A DNA stretch of 44,070 nucleotides from positions 1-44,070 of the forward strand of contig NZ_JALEXO010000340.1 in the NCBI RefSeq assembly GCF_022780145.1. The letters run 5' to 3'. Source of the stretch: Intestinibacter sp. GTDB taxonomy: Bacteria; Bacillota; Clostridia; Peptostreptococcales; Peptostreptococcaceae. The notes under the pieces were generated by a model. It was not told the origin of the DNA. It searched no databases and worked only from the letters and a program-made list of their open reading frames with translations. This document shows positions 1 through 10,101 of the stretch, one piece after another (within the stretch, counting starts at the first letter, position 1; each line of letters begins with the position of its first letter). The translations under genes and the position numbers were made by a program.

Positions 1-1
1 A

Positions 2-520
2 ACAGCAATACACGAAACAGGACATTTATTAGCAAATATTTTACTAGACAATAATAGTGAGGTTAAAAGTATTTCGATATTGCCAAGAGGTAGTGTTTTA
101 GGATTTGTACATTCTGAGGACAAAAACATCGACAAATATTTAGATACGAAGACAGGTCTTTATAATCAAATAAAAGAGCTTCTAGCAGGTAGGGCCGCTG
201 AAGAACTAATACTTGGTGAAATTACGACAGGTGCAGCTAACGATTTAGAAAAGGCAAATAACATAGCTAGAAACATGGTAATCAAATACGGTATGAGTGA
301 TGAGTTTGGATTTGTAACTGATAGCAAATACGATATCATTTCTAAAGAAAAAGCTACTAATGTTATTAGAAAAATGTTAGAGGATTGTTATAAAGAAGTA
401 AAAAGCTTATTAGAACAAAATAAAGAGATGCTAGTTAAAATAAGCCGAGAATTAGAAGATAAAGAAGAATTAAACGAGGATGAGATAAAAGTATTTATAA
501 ATCAAATAAAAGCATGTTAA
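2..520 (+). CDS. FtsH-like zinc metalloprotease (peptidase M41 domain), 5'-truncated by window edge
   Basis: Frame is open from nt 2: TAIHETGH (HExxH), then SISILPRGSVLG, LAGRAAEE and TTGAANDLEKA. The ORF-track start at 80 is internal. Confidence 0.85.
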   Translation, partial: TAIHETGHLLANILLDNNSEVKSISILPRGSVLGFVHSEDKNIDKYLDTKTGLYNQIKELLAGRAAEELILGEITTGAANDLEKANNIARNMVIKYGMSDEFGFVTDSKYDIISKEKATNVIRKMLEDCYKEVKSLLEQNKEMLVKISRELEDKEELNEDEIKVFINQIKAC

Positions 521-552
521 TTATTGATATAATTGAATAATTTTTATAATAA

Positions 553-582
553 AAAAACCTAGGCTATAAAACCTAGGTTTTT
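553..582. terminator. Bidirectional intrinsic terminator between the FtsH-like gene and tRNA-Leu
   Basis: AAAAACCTAGG-ctataaaa-CCTAGGTTTTT between convergent genes. Confidence 0.75.
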
Positions 583-609
583 CAATGCGTTTAATATGAT
601 TTAAAAAAA

Positions 610-692
610 TGGTGCCGCTGATGGGACTCGAACCCATATGGTTTCCCGCACGATTTTGAGTCGTGTGCGTATGCCAGTTCCGCCACAGCGGC
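610..692 (-). tRNA. tRNA-Leu (CAA)
   Basis: Reverse complement GCCGCTG...CACGA-CTCAAAA-TCGTG, long variable arm, ATGGG-TTCGAGT-CCCAT, CAGCGGC-A-CCA. Confidence 0.97.
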
Positions 693-711
693 TAATTTTT
701 GCTACCTTTAT

Positions 712-740
712 ATTATAGCAACATAGTTTAAATTAATCAA
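712..740 (-). promoter_or_regulatory. SigA promoter of tRNA-Leu
   Basis: Minus strand TTGATT-17 nt-TATAAT, with extended -10 TG. Confidence 0.75.
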
Positions 741-968
741 GTATATTTTTGAGTAAATTATATTATTTTTAAATAAAAATAAAATATAAATTTAAAAAAC
801 TTATGAAAAAATTAAAAAAAGTGAATAATAAAATGTGTATAATATACTATGAAAATTGAGAATTTTTACATTTAAATATTTAATCTTAATAGATTATAAT
901 AAGTGTGGTATGATTAAATGATAGGGTAATATACCAATTAATAAGATTAATAATAGGAGTGATAAATT

Positions 969-3617
969 TTGGAAAATACATTGATAATTATAGATGGAAA
1001 CTCGATAATAAACAGAGCCTTTTACGCGCTACCGAATATGAGTAACGAAGCTGGGCTTAATACGAATGCTATATTTGGATTTACTCGTATGATGTTTAAA
1101 ATAATAGAAGAATACAAACCGACTCATATGAGTGTTGCTTTCGACAAAAAAGCACCTACCTTTAGACATAGGGAGTACGCTGATTATAAGGCTGGCAGAA
1201 AAAAAATGCCTGATGAACTAGCTGAGCAGCTTCAACCTCTAAAGGATCTTTTAGACAAGTTCAATATAAATAGATTAGAGCTTGAAGGATACGAAGCCGA
1301 TGATATAATCGGTACTATTTCGAAGTTAGGTGAAGAAAATGACTTTAAAGTTTACATAGTTACAGGAGATAAGGATGCTATACAGCTTGCATCACATAAG
1401 ACTACTACATTGATAACTAAAAAGGGTGTAGCAGATGTAGAAGAATACGACTACGATTCAGTGCTTGAGAGATACGAGATGACACCGACTCAATTTATAG
1501 ATTTAAAGGGGCTTATGGGAGATAAGTCAGATAATATCCCAGGGGTTCCAGGAGTAGGTGAAAAGACAGGTATAAAGCTTTTAAAACAATATTCAAGTAT
1601 AGAAAATCTTATAGAGCATACAGATGAATTAAAAGGAAGTATAAAGAAAAAAATCGAAGAAAATAAAGACCTAGCGATAATGAGTAAGAGATTAGCTACA
1701 ATTATAAGAGATGTACCTATAGATGTGAAGCTGGATGATTTAAAATACGGCGATTACAACAAAGACGAAGTATTAGATAAATTTAAAGAATTTGGATTTA
1801 CTAGCTTAATATCTAAATTACTAGATTTAGACGGTGGAGAAAGCACTGTAAAACAAGAAATAGATATAAATATAGAACACTTAGATAATGTAGAGGAATT
1901 TGCAAAAAAAGCTGAAGAAAACAACAAAGTAATAATAGATGTAATAGGAAGAGAAGGAAACATTTTAGACAAGAGAATATTATATGTATTCTTAAGCTTA
2001 GACGGCGAAAACATCTACTATGTAAACGAAGATGAGCTAGATAAAATCTCAAATATTCTTTCGAACTTCGAGATTAAAAAACACGGCTACGATTTAAAGG
2101 AAGACTATATACTACTAAAGCCTTATGGTATAGAGTTAAATTCTATGGATTTCGATATAACTATAGCTGAGTATTTAATAGACTCAAAATCATCGACTTC
2201 GTACGAATGCAGTGCAATAGCTATGAAATACTTGACTAGACAGATAAAATCAAAAGAGGACTTACTTGGAAAAGGAGCTAAGGCTAAGAAGTTTGAGCAA
2301 ATAGGCTTTAAAGAGCTTTCAACATATGTAGGAGATATTTTAAATACAGTAGCGTATGTATATCCTAAAATGGAAGAGAGGCTAAAAGAAACCGAAATGG
2401 ACGGTCTTTTCTACCATGTTGAAATGCCACTTGTAGAGGTTCTAGGTTCTATGGAATACATAGGTATGAAGGTAGACAAGGATCAATTAAACGAATTAAA
2501 AGATAAATTTACAAAAATAATATCAGAATTAGAATCTGAAATATACGAAATGGCAGGAGAATCGTTCAACATAAATTCACCAAAGCAATTAGGTGTGATT
2601 TTATTTGAAAAATTAGGACTTCCAGTTATTAAAAAGACAAAGACAGGGTACTCTACAAACGCCGAGGTGCTAGAAAAATTAAGAGATAAACACGAAATAA
2701 TCGATAAAATAACAGAGTATAGACAAATAGTTAAACTTAATTCAACTTATGTAGAGGGATTATTAAATATAATTAATCCAAAAACAGGAAGAATACACTC
2801 TTCATTCAACCAAACTATAACTACTACAGGAAGAATTTCGTCTACAGAACCTAATATGCAAAATATTCCAGTTAAAACTGAGATGGGTAGAGACATAAGA
2901 AAGGTATTTGTAGCAGCAGAAGGATGTAAGCTAGTAGACGCCGACTATTCTCAAGTAGAGCTTAGAGTTTTAGCGCATATGAGTGGCGATGAAAACATGA
3001 TAGATGCATTTAAACACGGAGAAGATATCCATGCAAAGACAGCATCGCAAATATTCGACGTAGATATAAACGACGTCACAAGTAAACAGAGAATAGAAGC
3101 CAAAGCTATAAACTTCGGTATAATCTATGGAAAAACAGATTTTGGTCTTTCTCAGGACTTAAATATTCCGGTTGCAAAAGCCAAAGCATATATAGAAAGT
3201 TATTTTTACAAATATCCTAAAATAAAAGAATTTATGGATGACGCAGTAGAAAAAGCGACTCAAACAGGATATGCAACTACTATATTAAATAGAAGAAGAT
3301 ATATACCAGAGATAAACGCGAGCAATTTCATAGTTAGAAACCAAGGCAAGAGATTCGCGATGAACGCACCTATACAAGGTAGTGCCGCCGATATAATAAA
3401 AGTAGCTATGGTAAATGTATACAACAAATTAAAAGAAAACAACATGAAATCAAAGCTTATACTTCAAGTACACGATGAACTTATAGTAGAAGCTACTGAA
3501 GATGAATTAGAATTAGCTGAGAAAATAGTAAAAGAAGAAATGGAAAATGCACAAGTGATGGATGTACATTTAGATGTAGATTTGAATACAGGAAATTCTT
3601 GGTATGAAACAAAGTAG
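969..3617 (+). CDS. polA: DNA polymerase I
   Basis: 5'-3' exonuclease N-terminus (IIDGNS..RAFYA), motif A DYSQVELRVLAH, motif B KAINFGIIYG, motif C QVHDEL; TTG start after AGGAG. Confidence 0.98.
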   Translation: MENTLIIIDGNSIINRAFYALPNMSNEAGLNTNAIFGFTRMMFKIIEEYKPTHMSVAFDKKAPTFRHREYADYKAGRKKMPDELAEQLQPLKDLLDKFNINRLELEGYEADDIIGTISKLGEENDFKVYIVTGDKDAIQLASHKTTTLITKKGVADVEEYDYDSVLERYEMTPTQFIDLKGLMGDKSDNIPGVPGVGEKTGIKLLKQYSSIENLIEHTDELKGSIKKKIEENKDLAIMSKRLATIIRDVPIDVKLDDLKYGDYNKDEVLDKFKEFGFTSLISKLLDLDGGESTVKQEIDINIEHLDNVEEFAKKAEENNKVIIDVIGREGNILDKRILYVFLSLDGENIYYVNEDELDKISNILSNFEIKKHGYDLKEDYILLKPYGIELNSMDFDITIAEYLIDSKSSTSYECSAIAMKYLTRQIKSKEDLLGKGAKAKKFEQIGFKELSTYVGDILNTVAYVYPKMEERLKETEMDGLFYHVEMPLVEVLGSMEYIGMKVDKDQLNELKDKFTKIISELESEIYEMAGESFNINSPKQLGVILFEKLGLPVIKKTKTGYSTNAEVLEKLRDKHEIIDKITEYRQIVKLNSTYVEGLLNIINPKTGRIHSSFNQTITTTGRISSTEPNMQNIPVKTEMGRDIRKVFVAAEGCKLVDADYSQVELRVLAHMSGDENMIDAFKHGEDIHAKTASQIFDVDINDVTSKQRIEAKAINFGIIYGKTDFGLSQDLNIPVAKAKAYIESYFYKYPKIKEFMDDAVEKATQTGYATTILNRRRYIPEINASNFIVRNQGKRFAMNAPIQGSAADIIKVAMVNVYNKLKENNMKSKLILQVHDELIVEATEDELELAEKIVKEEMENAQVMDVHLDVDLNTGNSWYETK

Positions 3618-3625
3618 GTGAAAAA

Positions 3626-4219
3626 ATGATAGTATTGGGACTTACAGGAAATATTGGATGTGGAAAGAGCAGTGTATCTAATATATTTATCCAAAATGGA
3701 ATAGATGTAGTAGATGCAGATATAGAAGCTAGAAGGATATTTGACGATAAGGATTTACTTAATAAAGTATTTTCGACTTTTGGAGATAGTATAAAAAACG
3801 AGGATGGAAGCTTAAATAGAAAGGCTCTAGGAAATATTGTATTCAACGACGATGAAAAGCTAATAGAGTTAAATAATTTAACACATCCTCAAATAAAGAA
3901 AAATATACTATCACAAGTTTCAAAATATAAAGAGCAAGGTAAAAAAATAGTTGTAATAGACGCAGCGCTATTGATAGAAGACGACTATCTACCTTATATA
4001 GATAAATTGGTTTTGATAACTTGTAGAGAAGATATACAAATCGAGAGAATAAAAAATAGAGATAACTGCACAGAGAAAGAGGCAGTTAGCAGAATAAATT
4101 CTCAAATGAGTCAAAGTGAAAAATCGAAGTTTGCAGATTACATTATCGATAATTCAAACTCATTTGAAGAATTACAAAAGAGAGTTTTAGAATTTATAGA
4201 GATTTTACAAGGAGAATAA
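3626..4219 (+). CDS. coaE: Dephospho-CoA kinase
   Basis: GLTGNIGCGKS P-loop, DAD, LTHP; follows polA. Confidence 0.96.
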   Translation: MIVLGLTGNIGCGKSSVSNIFIQNGIDVVDADIEARRIFDDKDLLNKVFSTFGDSIKNEDGSLNRKALGNIVFNDDEKLIELNNLTHPQIKKNILSQVSKYKEQGKKIVVIDAALLIEDDYLPYIDKLVLITCREDIQIERIKNRDNCTEKEAVSRINSQMSQSEKSKFADYIIDNSNSFEELQKRVLEFIEILQGE

Positions 4220-4221
4220 GC

Positions 4222-4761
4222 GTGAAAAAAAAATTAATCTTAATTCTATTTATCGTAATAGTTTTGGGACTTGCTTTATATATAGAAAGGGACGAAATAT
4301 ATAAATATATATATCCTAAAAAATATTCAGAATACGTTGAGTTTTACGCCGAGGAATACAATTTAGATGAAAATTTAGTTTACAGTGTAATTAAGGCAGA
4401 AAGTAAATTTGATAAGGATGCAGTTTCAAGAAAAGGGGCAAAGGGATTGATGCAGATTGGAGATTCCACGAGAGATTGGGCAATTGAAGAGCTTGAGATG
4501 ACTGAAGCCGATATTTTTGAGCCTGAGGATAATATAAGGATAGGATGCTGGTATTTAAGCAAGCTATATAGAGAATTTGGAAACCTAGATTTAGTTATCA
4601 CCGCATATAATGGAGGCTCTGGCAATGTCAAAAAATGGTTAGCTAATCAAAAGTACAGCAAAGATGGGGAAAATTTGCATACTATTCCTTTTAAAGAGAC
4701 ATCTAGCTATGTTGATAAAGTAAAGCATAATTACGAGATGTATAAGAAAATTTATAATTAG
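4222..4761 (+). CDS. Membrane-anchored lytic transglycosylase (SLT domain)
   Basis: N-terminal TM segment; KAES catalytic Glu, GAKGLMQ, AYNGG. Confidence 0.92.
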   Translation: MKKKLILILFIVIVLGLALYIERDEIYKYIYPKKYSEYVEFYAEEYNLDENLVYSVIKAESKFDKDAVSRKGAKGLMQIGDSTRDWAIEELEMTEADIFEPEDNIRIGCWYLSKLYREFGNLDLVITAYNGGSGNVKKWLANQKYSKDGENLHTIPFKETSSYVDKVKHNYEMYKKIYN

Positions 4762-4775
4762 AAAGGTACAACAAA

Positions 4776-6506
4776 ATGAAAAAAATAGTAAAATTAGTAA
4801 GTATAATTTTAGCGTTGATGTTATTTGTTGTGGGATGTAGTGCAAAAACAGAACAGGAAAGTAAATCAGAAAAAACAGTAAAAAATGATTCAGAATATAT
4901 AAATTTAACTATGATAAGACCAGATACAATTAATCCAGTTTTAAATACTGATAAATCTGTAAGTCATGTTTTAAATTTAGTATATGATAGTTTGTTTGAA
5001 TTTGATGAAAATTATGATCTTCAACCTAAATTAGTAGATTCTTACAATATTTCATCAGACAATAAAAGTGTCAGTATAAATTTAAAATCTGGGGTAAAAT
5101 GGCATAATGGAAAGAGCTTAACGTCTAGCGACGTTAAATACACATATGATTTAATAAAATCAAAAAAAGAGAGTGCGTATTATGATTTAGTATCAAATAT
5201 AAGCAGTATAACTGTAAATGGAAGCAGAAGTCTTACTATCAACTTTAAAGATAATTATGCATTTTCATTGGAAACATTGATTTTTCCTATAGTGTCAAAG
5301 GATAAATTGAGTGGGTTAAAAAGCGATGATTTAACACTTCCAAACAAGAATTTAGTGGGATGTGGAGAATATAAAATTAAAACTTATGAAGATAGAGATT
5401 TTATGATTTTAGAGCCAAATAAGGATTATTATGATTTTAATGAAAAAGGCAACAATAAAGAAATCTATGTAAAAATGGTGCCAGACAATGAATCACAAGT
5501 ACAGATGGTACTATCTCTAGATAGTGATATAAGTAATGTTTCACTTGCTAATATAAGTAAGTTTACAGATAACGATAATTTTAAGATAGAAAAATATCAA
5601 GGAAGAAAATACGACTATGTTATTTTCAACTATGAAAATGAATACCTACAAAATTTAGATATAAGAAAGGCTATTTCGTTTTCAATAGATAGAAGTTCAA
5701 TTATAAAGGATGCTTATTCAAATAGAGCTAAATTGACTAATTTTCCTTTGAATTCTGTATCAAAATATTATGATAGTGATTTAAAGCCTCTTTCATATAA
5801 TACAGATAATGCACAAAACTATCTTAAAAAAGCAGTTTTATCATTAGAAGAAGAAAAAAATGCTAAGAAAACAGACGGAGAGAATTCTCAAACTCCTGAC
5901 GAAAATGTAGTAGATAATTCTCAAGCCGATAATGTAGATAATAAAACTATTGATGATAAGCAAAATACCAAAGATTCAAACAAATCAACTAAGGAAAAAA
6001 CTAAATCATTTAAGGACGTGACAACTGCTGAAGTGAAGGCTTTATTAAAAGACATGAAATTTAAAATAATAGTAAATAAAGATAATAGTGAAAGGGTAAA
6101 GGCTGCAAATATAATAAGTAATAACTTAGAGGCTATAGGTATAAAAACAGAAATAGAAGATTTAACAGATGATGAAATGACAAAAGCTCTAGATAGTAAG
6201 AAATATGATTTAGCTTTAATAGGATGTGAATTACCTGCTGTATCTGATGCAACATATATACTTGAAGAATTGGGATATAAAGACAAGCAATTAGATAAAT
6301 ATTTGAAAAATTTACAAGAAGCCAACTCAGAAGCTCAGATAAAAAATATCTACAAAGAGATACAAAAATATGTTAAAGAAAATGCAGTATTTATAAGCTT
6401 TGGCATGTTAGATGATTATGTTGTATTAAACGAAAGACTTGAAGGAGATTTGTATTCTAATGATCTCAATATATACAGGGGAATTGATTCTCTAAAAGTA
6501 AAATAA
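4776..6506 (+). CDS. ABC transporter family-5 (peptide/nickel-type) solute-binding lipoprotein
   Basis: Lipobox VVGC; LVYDSL, VKWHNG..LT..DVKYT, IRKAISFSIDR. Confidence 0.85.
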   Translation: MKKIVKLVSIILALMLFVVGCSAKTEQESKSEKTVKNDSEYINLTMIRPDTINPVLNTDKSVSHVLNLVYDSLFEFDENYDLQPKLVDSYNISSDNKSVSINLKSGVKWHNGKSLTSSDVKYTYDLIKSKKESAYYDLVSNISSITVNGSRSLTINFKDNYAFSLETLIFPIVSKDKLSGLKSDDLTLPNKNLVGCGEYKIKTYEDRDFMILEPNKDYYDFNEKGNNKEIYVKMVPDNESQVQMVLSLDSDISNVSLANISKFTDNDNFKIEKYQGRKYDYVIFNYENEYLQNLDIRKAISFSIDRSSIIKDAYSNRAKLTNFPLNSVSKYYDSDLKPLSYNTDNAQNYLKKAVLSLEEEKNAKKTDGENSQTPDENVVDNSQADNVDNKTIDDKQNTKDSNKSTKEKTKSFKDVTTAEVKALLKDMKFKIIVNKDNSERVKAANIISNNLEAIGIKTEIEDLTDDEMTKALDSKKYDLALIGCELPAVSDATYILEELGYKDKQLDKYLKNLQEANSEAQIKNIYKEIQKYVKENAVFISFGMLDDYVVLNERLEGDLYSNDLNIYRGIDSLKVK

Positions 6507-6559
6507 TATTTGAGTCAGAATAAGTTTGTAAGTAGAGTTTTTTGAGATAATATGGTATA

Positions 6560-6580
6560 ATATACCCATATAGGGTATAT
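6560..6580. promoter_or_regulatory. CsoR-type copper-responsive operator overlapping the copZ promoter
   Basis: ATATACCC-atata-GGGTATAT (TACCC-N5-GGGTA) between TGnTATAAT and the GGAGG RBS of copZ. Confidence 0.8.
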
Positions 6581-6593
6581 GGAGGTGTAATTA

Positions 6594-6806
6594 ATGCAAA
6601 AGAAATTATTAATCGAAGGTATGAGCTGTAATCACTGTGTAAACCATGTAAAAACAGCCTTAACAGAAGATATTGAAGGTGTAGAAGTAAAGGAAGTCAG
6701 TTTAGATGGCAAATATGCTTTAGTCGATATAGCTGATGGAGTTACTGAAGATGCTATAAAAGCTGTAATAGAAGATTTAGGATTTGAATTAAAAGGAATC
6801 GAATAA
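6594..6806 (+). CDS. copZ: Copper chaperone, HMA domain
   Basis: 70 aa with GMSCNHC metal-binding motif. Confidence 0.9.
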   Translation: MQKKLLIEGMSCNHCVNHVKTALTEDIEGVEVKEVSLDGKYALVDIADGVTEDAIKAVIEDLGFELKGIE

Positions 6807-6815
6807 TATAAAAAT

Positions 6816-6848
6816 GCCTACAGGAATATCGTTCTTGTAGGTTTTTTT
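6816..6848 (+). terminator. Intrinsic terminator after copZ
   Basis: CCTACAGGAA..TTCTTGTAGG followed by a T7 tract. Confidence 0.8.
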
Positions 6849-7082
6849 ATGCCAAATTTTATATAAAAAAAGATCTCTAAATAAATAGAGATCTCTTAAA
6901 TGGGGGAGATTGAGTATATTTGATTTTACATTTATATTATTAACATTCTTAATAAAAATATACATACTATTTAATATTTTTTTAAAATAATCATATATAT
7001 TAAAGTAAATATTTTTAAAAATACCGGCAAGCACACATTTTATATTTATATGAATATAATAAAATAAACGAGGTGGGGTATC

Positions 7083-7691
7083 ATGGAGGAGTATAGAACA
7101 TATAAAGATAATTTTAGAAATTTGATACTTGATATGATACAGGAGGATTTAGCAAATTATGTATCGCAGAGAGGTGCCAAGAAATTTTTTGAAGCAAATG
7201 TGGATAAAGCAATAAATGAAAATATACAAAAAATTAAAAGCAGAGATAAAAGAGAGAATATATATTTAAAGGTTTTAACTTATGGTGCATATAAAGAAAA
7301 CATAGTATCAGTGGGAAGGTTAATAAAAAAAGAGGAAATTTTTAAATCAAAAAAAGAACTTTATAATTTTGCAAGATACCTTAATTTAAATGTAAATAAA
7401 AAGTTTTCATATAATCAAATTTTAAGAATAATATCAAAACATATTTATGACAATAGGGATTTATATTCATCTAGACATGTAATCTATAAAAGAACAGGCA
7501 AAGAATATATAATAGACCCTCAGAGTGTTAAAAATGAATTAATACAGAGCTATAGGTCAAAAACAAGAGAAGAAATGAAGGCTATAGCTAAGCTTTTAGA
7601 AGTAGATATAGACGAGGAAGAAGGGGCAGAAGATATAAGAAAAAAAATAATAAATAGCATAATAAAAGAGAAACTGAGAAAAAATAAATAG
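7083..7691 (+). CDS. Hypothetical basic protein, possibly nucleic-acid binding
   Basis: 202-aa ORF with GAGGTGGGG RBS; no recognised family. Confidence 0.7.
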   Translation: MEEYRTYKDNFRNLILDMIQEDLANYVSQRGAKKFFEANVDKAINENIQKIKSRDKRENIYLKVLTYGAYKENIVSVGRLIKKEEIFKSKKELYNFARYLNLNVNKKFSYNQILRIISKHIYDNRDLYSSRHVIYKRTGKEYIIDPQSVKNELIQSYRSKTREEMKAIAKLLEVDIDEEEGAEDIRKKIINSIIKEKLRKNK

Positions 7692-7700
7692 ACAGATAAA

Positions 7701-7729
7701 TAAAGACGCTAAAAGCGTCTTTAATTTTT
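7701..7729 (+). terminator. Intrinsic terminator
   Basis: TAAAGACGCT-aaa-AGCGTCTTTA followed by a T run. Confidence 0.65.
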
Positions 7730-7741
7730 AATCAAAAGGGT

Positions 7742-8503
7742 GTGATTTATATAAATATTAAAAAAGTTACATTTTTAGTAGTCATCATATTAGCTGCGAG
7801 TTATTTTATATCTATTCAAGATAACAATTTAAATAAAATAGAAATTAAAATAATAAGTTATAATATACATAGTGGGACTGATAGAAATATGATTCCTACA
7901 TTATTCGACACAATAAATTTTTTAAAAAAGAGTAAAGCAGATATTATATGCTTACAAGAAGTAAATGAATCCTCAAAGGTGGGATTTCAAGTGAGCAGTC
8001 TAAAAGAAGAATTAAATATGTATTCACATTTTGGGGCAAATGTTGTAGAAAATGATGAAAACTACGGATTAGCTACATATTCAAAATATAAAATAATCGA
8101 TAAAAAGCACGTTTATCTAACTAGCTCAAAGGAACAACGAGGTTTTTTACATACTATTATAAAAGTAAAAAACAAAAAGGTGCATGTAATAAATGTCCAT
8201 CTTGGATTGGATTATGAGGAGAGAAAAAAGCAAATAGAAGAGCTAAGAGTCTATATAAAGAACTTAAAAAGCGAGTATTTTATAATTTTAGGAGATTTTA
8301 ATGAAGGAAATATATCGTTAAATGACGAAATTATAGTTGATGTGGCCGAAGAGTTAAATAAATCTAATATACTGACTTTTTCAATGGGAATCGATAGAAT
8401 AGACTACATGTTTGTCTCTAATAATATAAAAATAGAATCTTATGAAGTATTAATAAAAAATATGTCAGATCATTATCCAATAGTTGCTAAATTTTCTATA
8501 TAA
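7742..8503 (+). CDS. Membrane-anchored endonuclease/exonuclease/phosphatase (EEP) family protein
   Basis: SYNIH, DIICLQEV, NVHL, ILGDFN, RIDYMF, SDHYP; N-terminal hydrophobic segment. Confidence 0.9.
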   Translation: MIYINIKKVTFLVVIILAASYFISIQDNNLNKIEIKIISYNIHSGTDRNMIPTLFDTINFLKKSKADIICLQEVNESSKVGFQVSSLKEELNMYSHFGANVVENDENYGLATYSKYKIIDKKHVYLTSSKEQRGFLHTIIKVKNKKVHVINVHLGLDYEERKKQIEELRVYIKNLKSEYFIILGDFNEGNISLNDEIIVDVAEELNKSNILTFSMGIDRIDYMFVSNNIKIESYEVLIKNMSDHYPIVAKFSI

Positions 8504-8551
8504 TTATATTATAATAAAGGAGAAAAATAAATAAAGTTTAGGAGGTAATTT

Positions 8552-8929
8552 ATGAATTTTACATTTTGTCACAATAATTTTAATGTAATAAATTTAGAAA
8601 AAAGTATAGAGTTTTACGAAAAGGCTTTAGGTCTTAAAGAATCTAGAAGAATAGCTCCAGAGGATGGAAGCTTTATAATAGTTTATTTATCTGATGGGAC
8701 AACAAGACACAGCCTAGAGCTTACTTGGTTGAGAGATTGGGATAAACCATCATATAATTTAGGAGATAATGAATTCCATCTAGCTCTTGAAGTAGACGAT
8801 TTCGAAAAAGCTCATGAGCTACATAAAGAAATGGGATGCATTTGCTTTGAAAATAAAGAAATGGGAATATATTTTATCAACGATCCAGATAATTATTGGA
8901 TAGAAATATTACCAGCTGGTAGAGGCTGA
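8552..8929 (+). CDS. gloA: Lactoylglutathione lyase / VOC family protein
   Basis: H..FNV.NLEKSIEFY, LELTW, HLAL.VDD, FINDPDNYWIE. Confidence 0.85.
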   Translation: MNFTFCHNNFNVINLEKSIEFYEKALGLKESRRIAPEDGSFIIVYLSDGTTRHSLELTWLRDWDKPSYNLGDNEFHLALEVDDFEKAHELHKEMGCICFENKEMGIYFINDPDNYWIEILPAGRG

Positions 8930-8970
8930 TTTAAATAATATTAGGAATATTAATTTGGGGGAATAACGTT

Positions 8971-10101
8971 ATGAAAAAAGTAGTCTTAGCATTAGGGGTA
9001 GGTGCTTTAGCTGTATCTTTAAATGCTGGTAAATCATATGCTGATTCTACTGCTATAGTAGATGTAAGCGCATTGAACGTTAGAAGTGGACCTAGTTTAA
9101 ATTATTCAAAAGTAGGGGTAGTTTATAAAGGAAGCTATTTAAATGTAATAGAAACTCAAGACGAATGGTCTCATGTAAAATCAAATAATGGATTAAATGG
9201 ATGGGTTTACTCTAGCTATATAAAAAAACAAGCTTCTACATCTAGTGAGGTTGGATATAATACAGGAACTGTTAATGTAAGCTATGTAAACGTAAGAAGT
9301 GGCGCAGGCAATCAATATTCTGTAAAAACTGTAGCTTCATATGGTACAAAAGTTACTTTGTTTAACAAGTCAAACGGATGGTATAATGTTCAATTGAGTA
9401 ATGGAACAACTGGTTGGATTTATAAAAGATATATAGATTTTGGAAATAGTGGAGAAAATGCGAATAATACATCGAATGAATTTACTCCATGTAACGGAAA
9501 GGTAACATGCTATGCTAATTTAAATGTCAGAAGTGGACCATCTACTAGTTACAGCATCAAGTCTAAATTAACTCATGGACAAGTAGTAAAATTAATCGAC
9601 AAATCAAATGGTTGGTATAAAGTAAGCTTGAGCAATAAAACAACTGGATGGGTAAAAGACGATTATATAAAAATAACTACAGAAGATGTAACAAATACAG
9701 GTGGAAATTCAAATAATTCAAATAGCTATAGATCATCTGTAGTTAACTTAGCGTATTCGCTTCTTGGAACTCCATATGCTTGGGGTGGAAATGGACCGAA
9801 TTATTTTGACTGTTCTGGATTTACTAGATATGTATATTTACATGCAGAAAATAAAACTATTCCGAGAGTCTCTTATGAACAGGCTAAAATAGGCACATTT
9901 ATATCAAGGGGAAATTACTTGCCAGGAGATTTATTGTATTTTGCAACAACTGGTACAGGACAAACAAGCCACGTGGGAATTTACGTCGGTAATAATATGT
10001 TTATACATGCTAGTGGAAGTGCATCAAATCCAGATAAAGTCAAATTATCTAGCTTAGAAGGATATTACGGTAGAGTATTACTTGGCGCTAGAAGATTTTA
10101 A
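8971..10101 (+). CDS. Secreted peptidoglycan endopeptidase, 3x SH3b + NlpC/P60 (CwlA-like)
   Basis: Signal peptide; three (L/V)NVRSG SH3b repeats; PYAWGG, DCSGF catalytic Cys, HVGIY, FIHA. Confidence 0.92.
   Translation: MKKVVLALGVGALAVSLNAGKSYADSTAIVDVSALNVRSGPSLNYSKVGVVYKGSYLNVIETQDEWSHVKSNNGLNGWVYSSYIKKQASTSSEVGYNTGTVNVSYVNVRSGAGNQYSVKTVASYGTKVTLFNKSNGWYNVQLSNGTTGWIYKRYIDFGNSGENANNTSNEFTPCNGKVTCYANLNVRSGPSTSYSIKSKLTHGQVVKLIDKSNGWYKVSLSNKTTGWVKDDYIKITTEDVTNTGGNSNNSNSYRSSVVNLAYSLLGTPYAWGGNGPNYFDCSGFTRYVYLHAENKTIPRVSYEQAKIGTFISRGNYLPGDLLYFATTGTGQTSHVGIYVGNNMFIHASGSASNPDKVKLSSLEGYYGRVLLGARRF

Noticed and set aside
6871..6990. AGATCTCTA/TAGAGATCT palindrome followed by GGGGGAG and a 26-aa hydrophobic TTG ORF
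   Set aside because: RBS too close to the start, and the F/I/L composition is expected from AT-rich DNA. No function can be assigned to the palindrome.
9070..9660. Repeated DNA segments in the NlpC/P60 gene
   Set aside because: Explained by three SH3b domain repeats; not CRISPR or a diversity-generating cassette.
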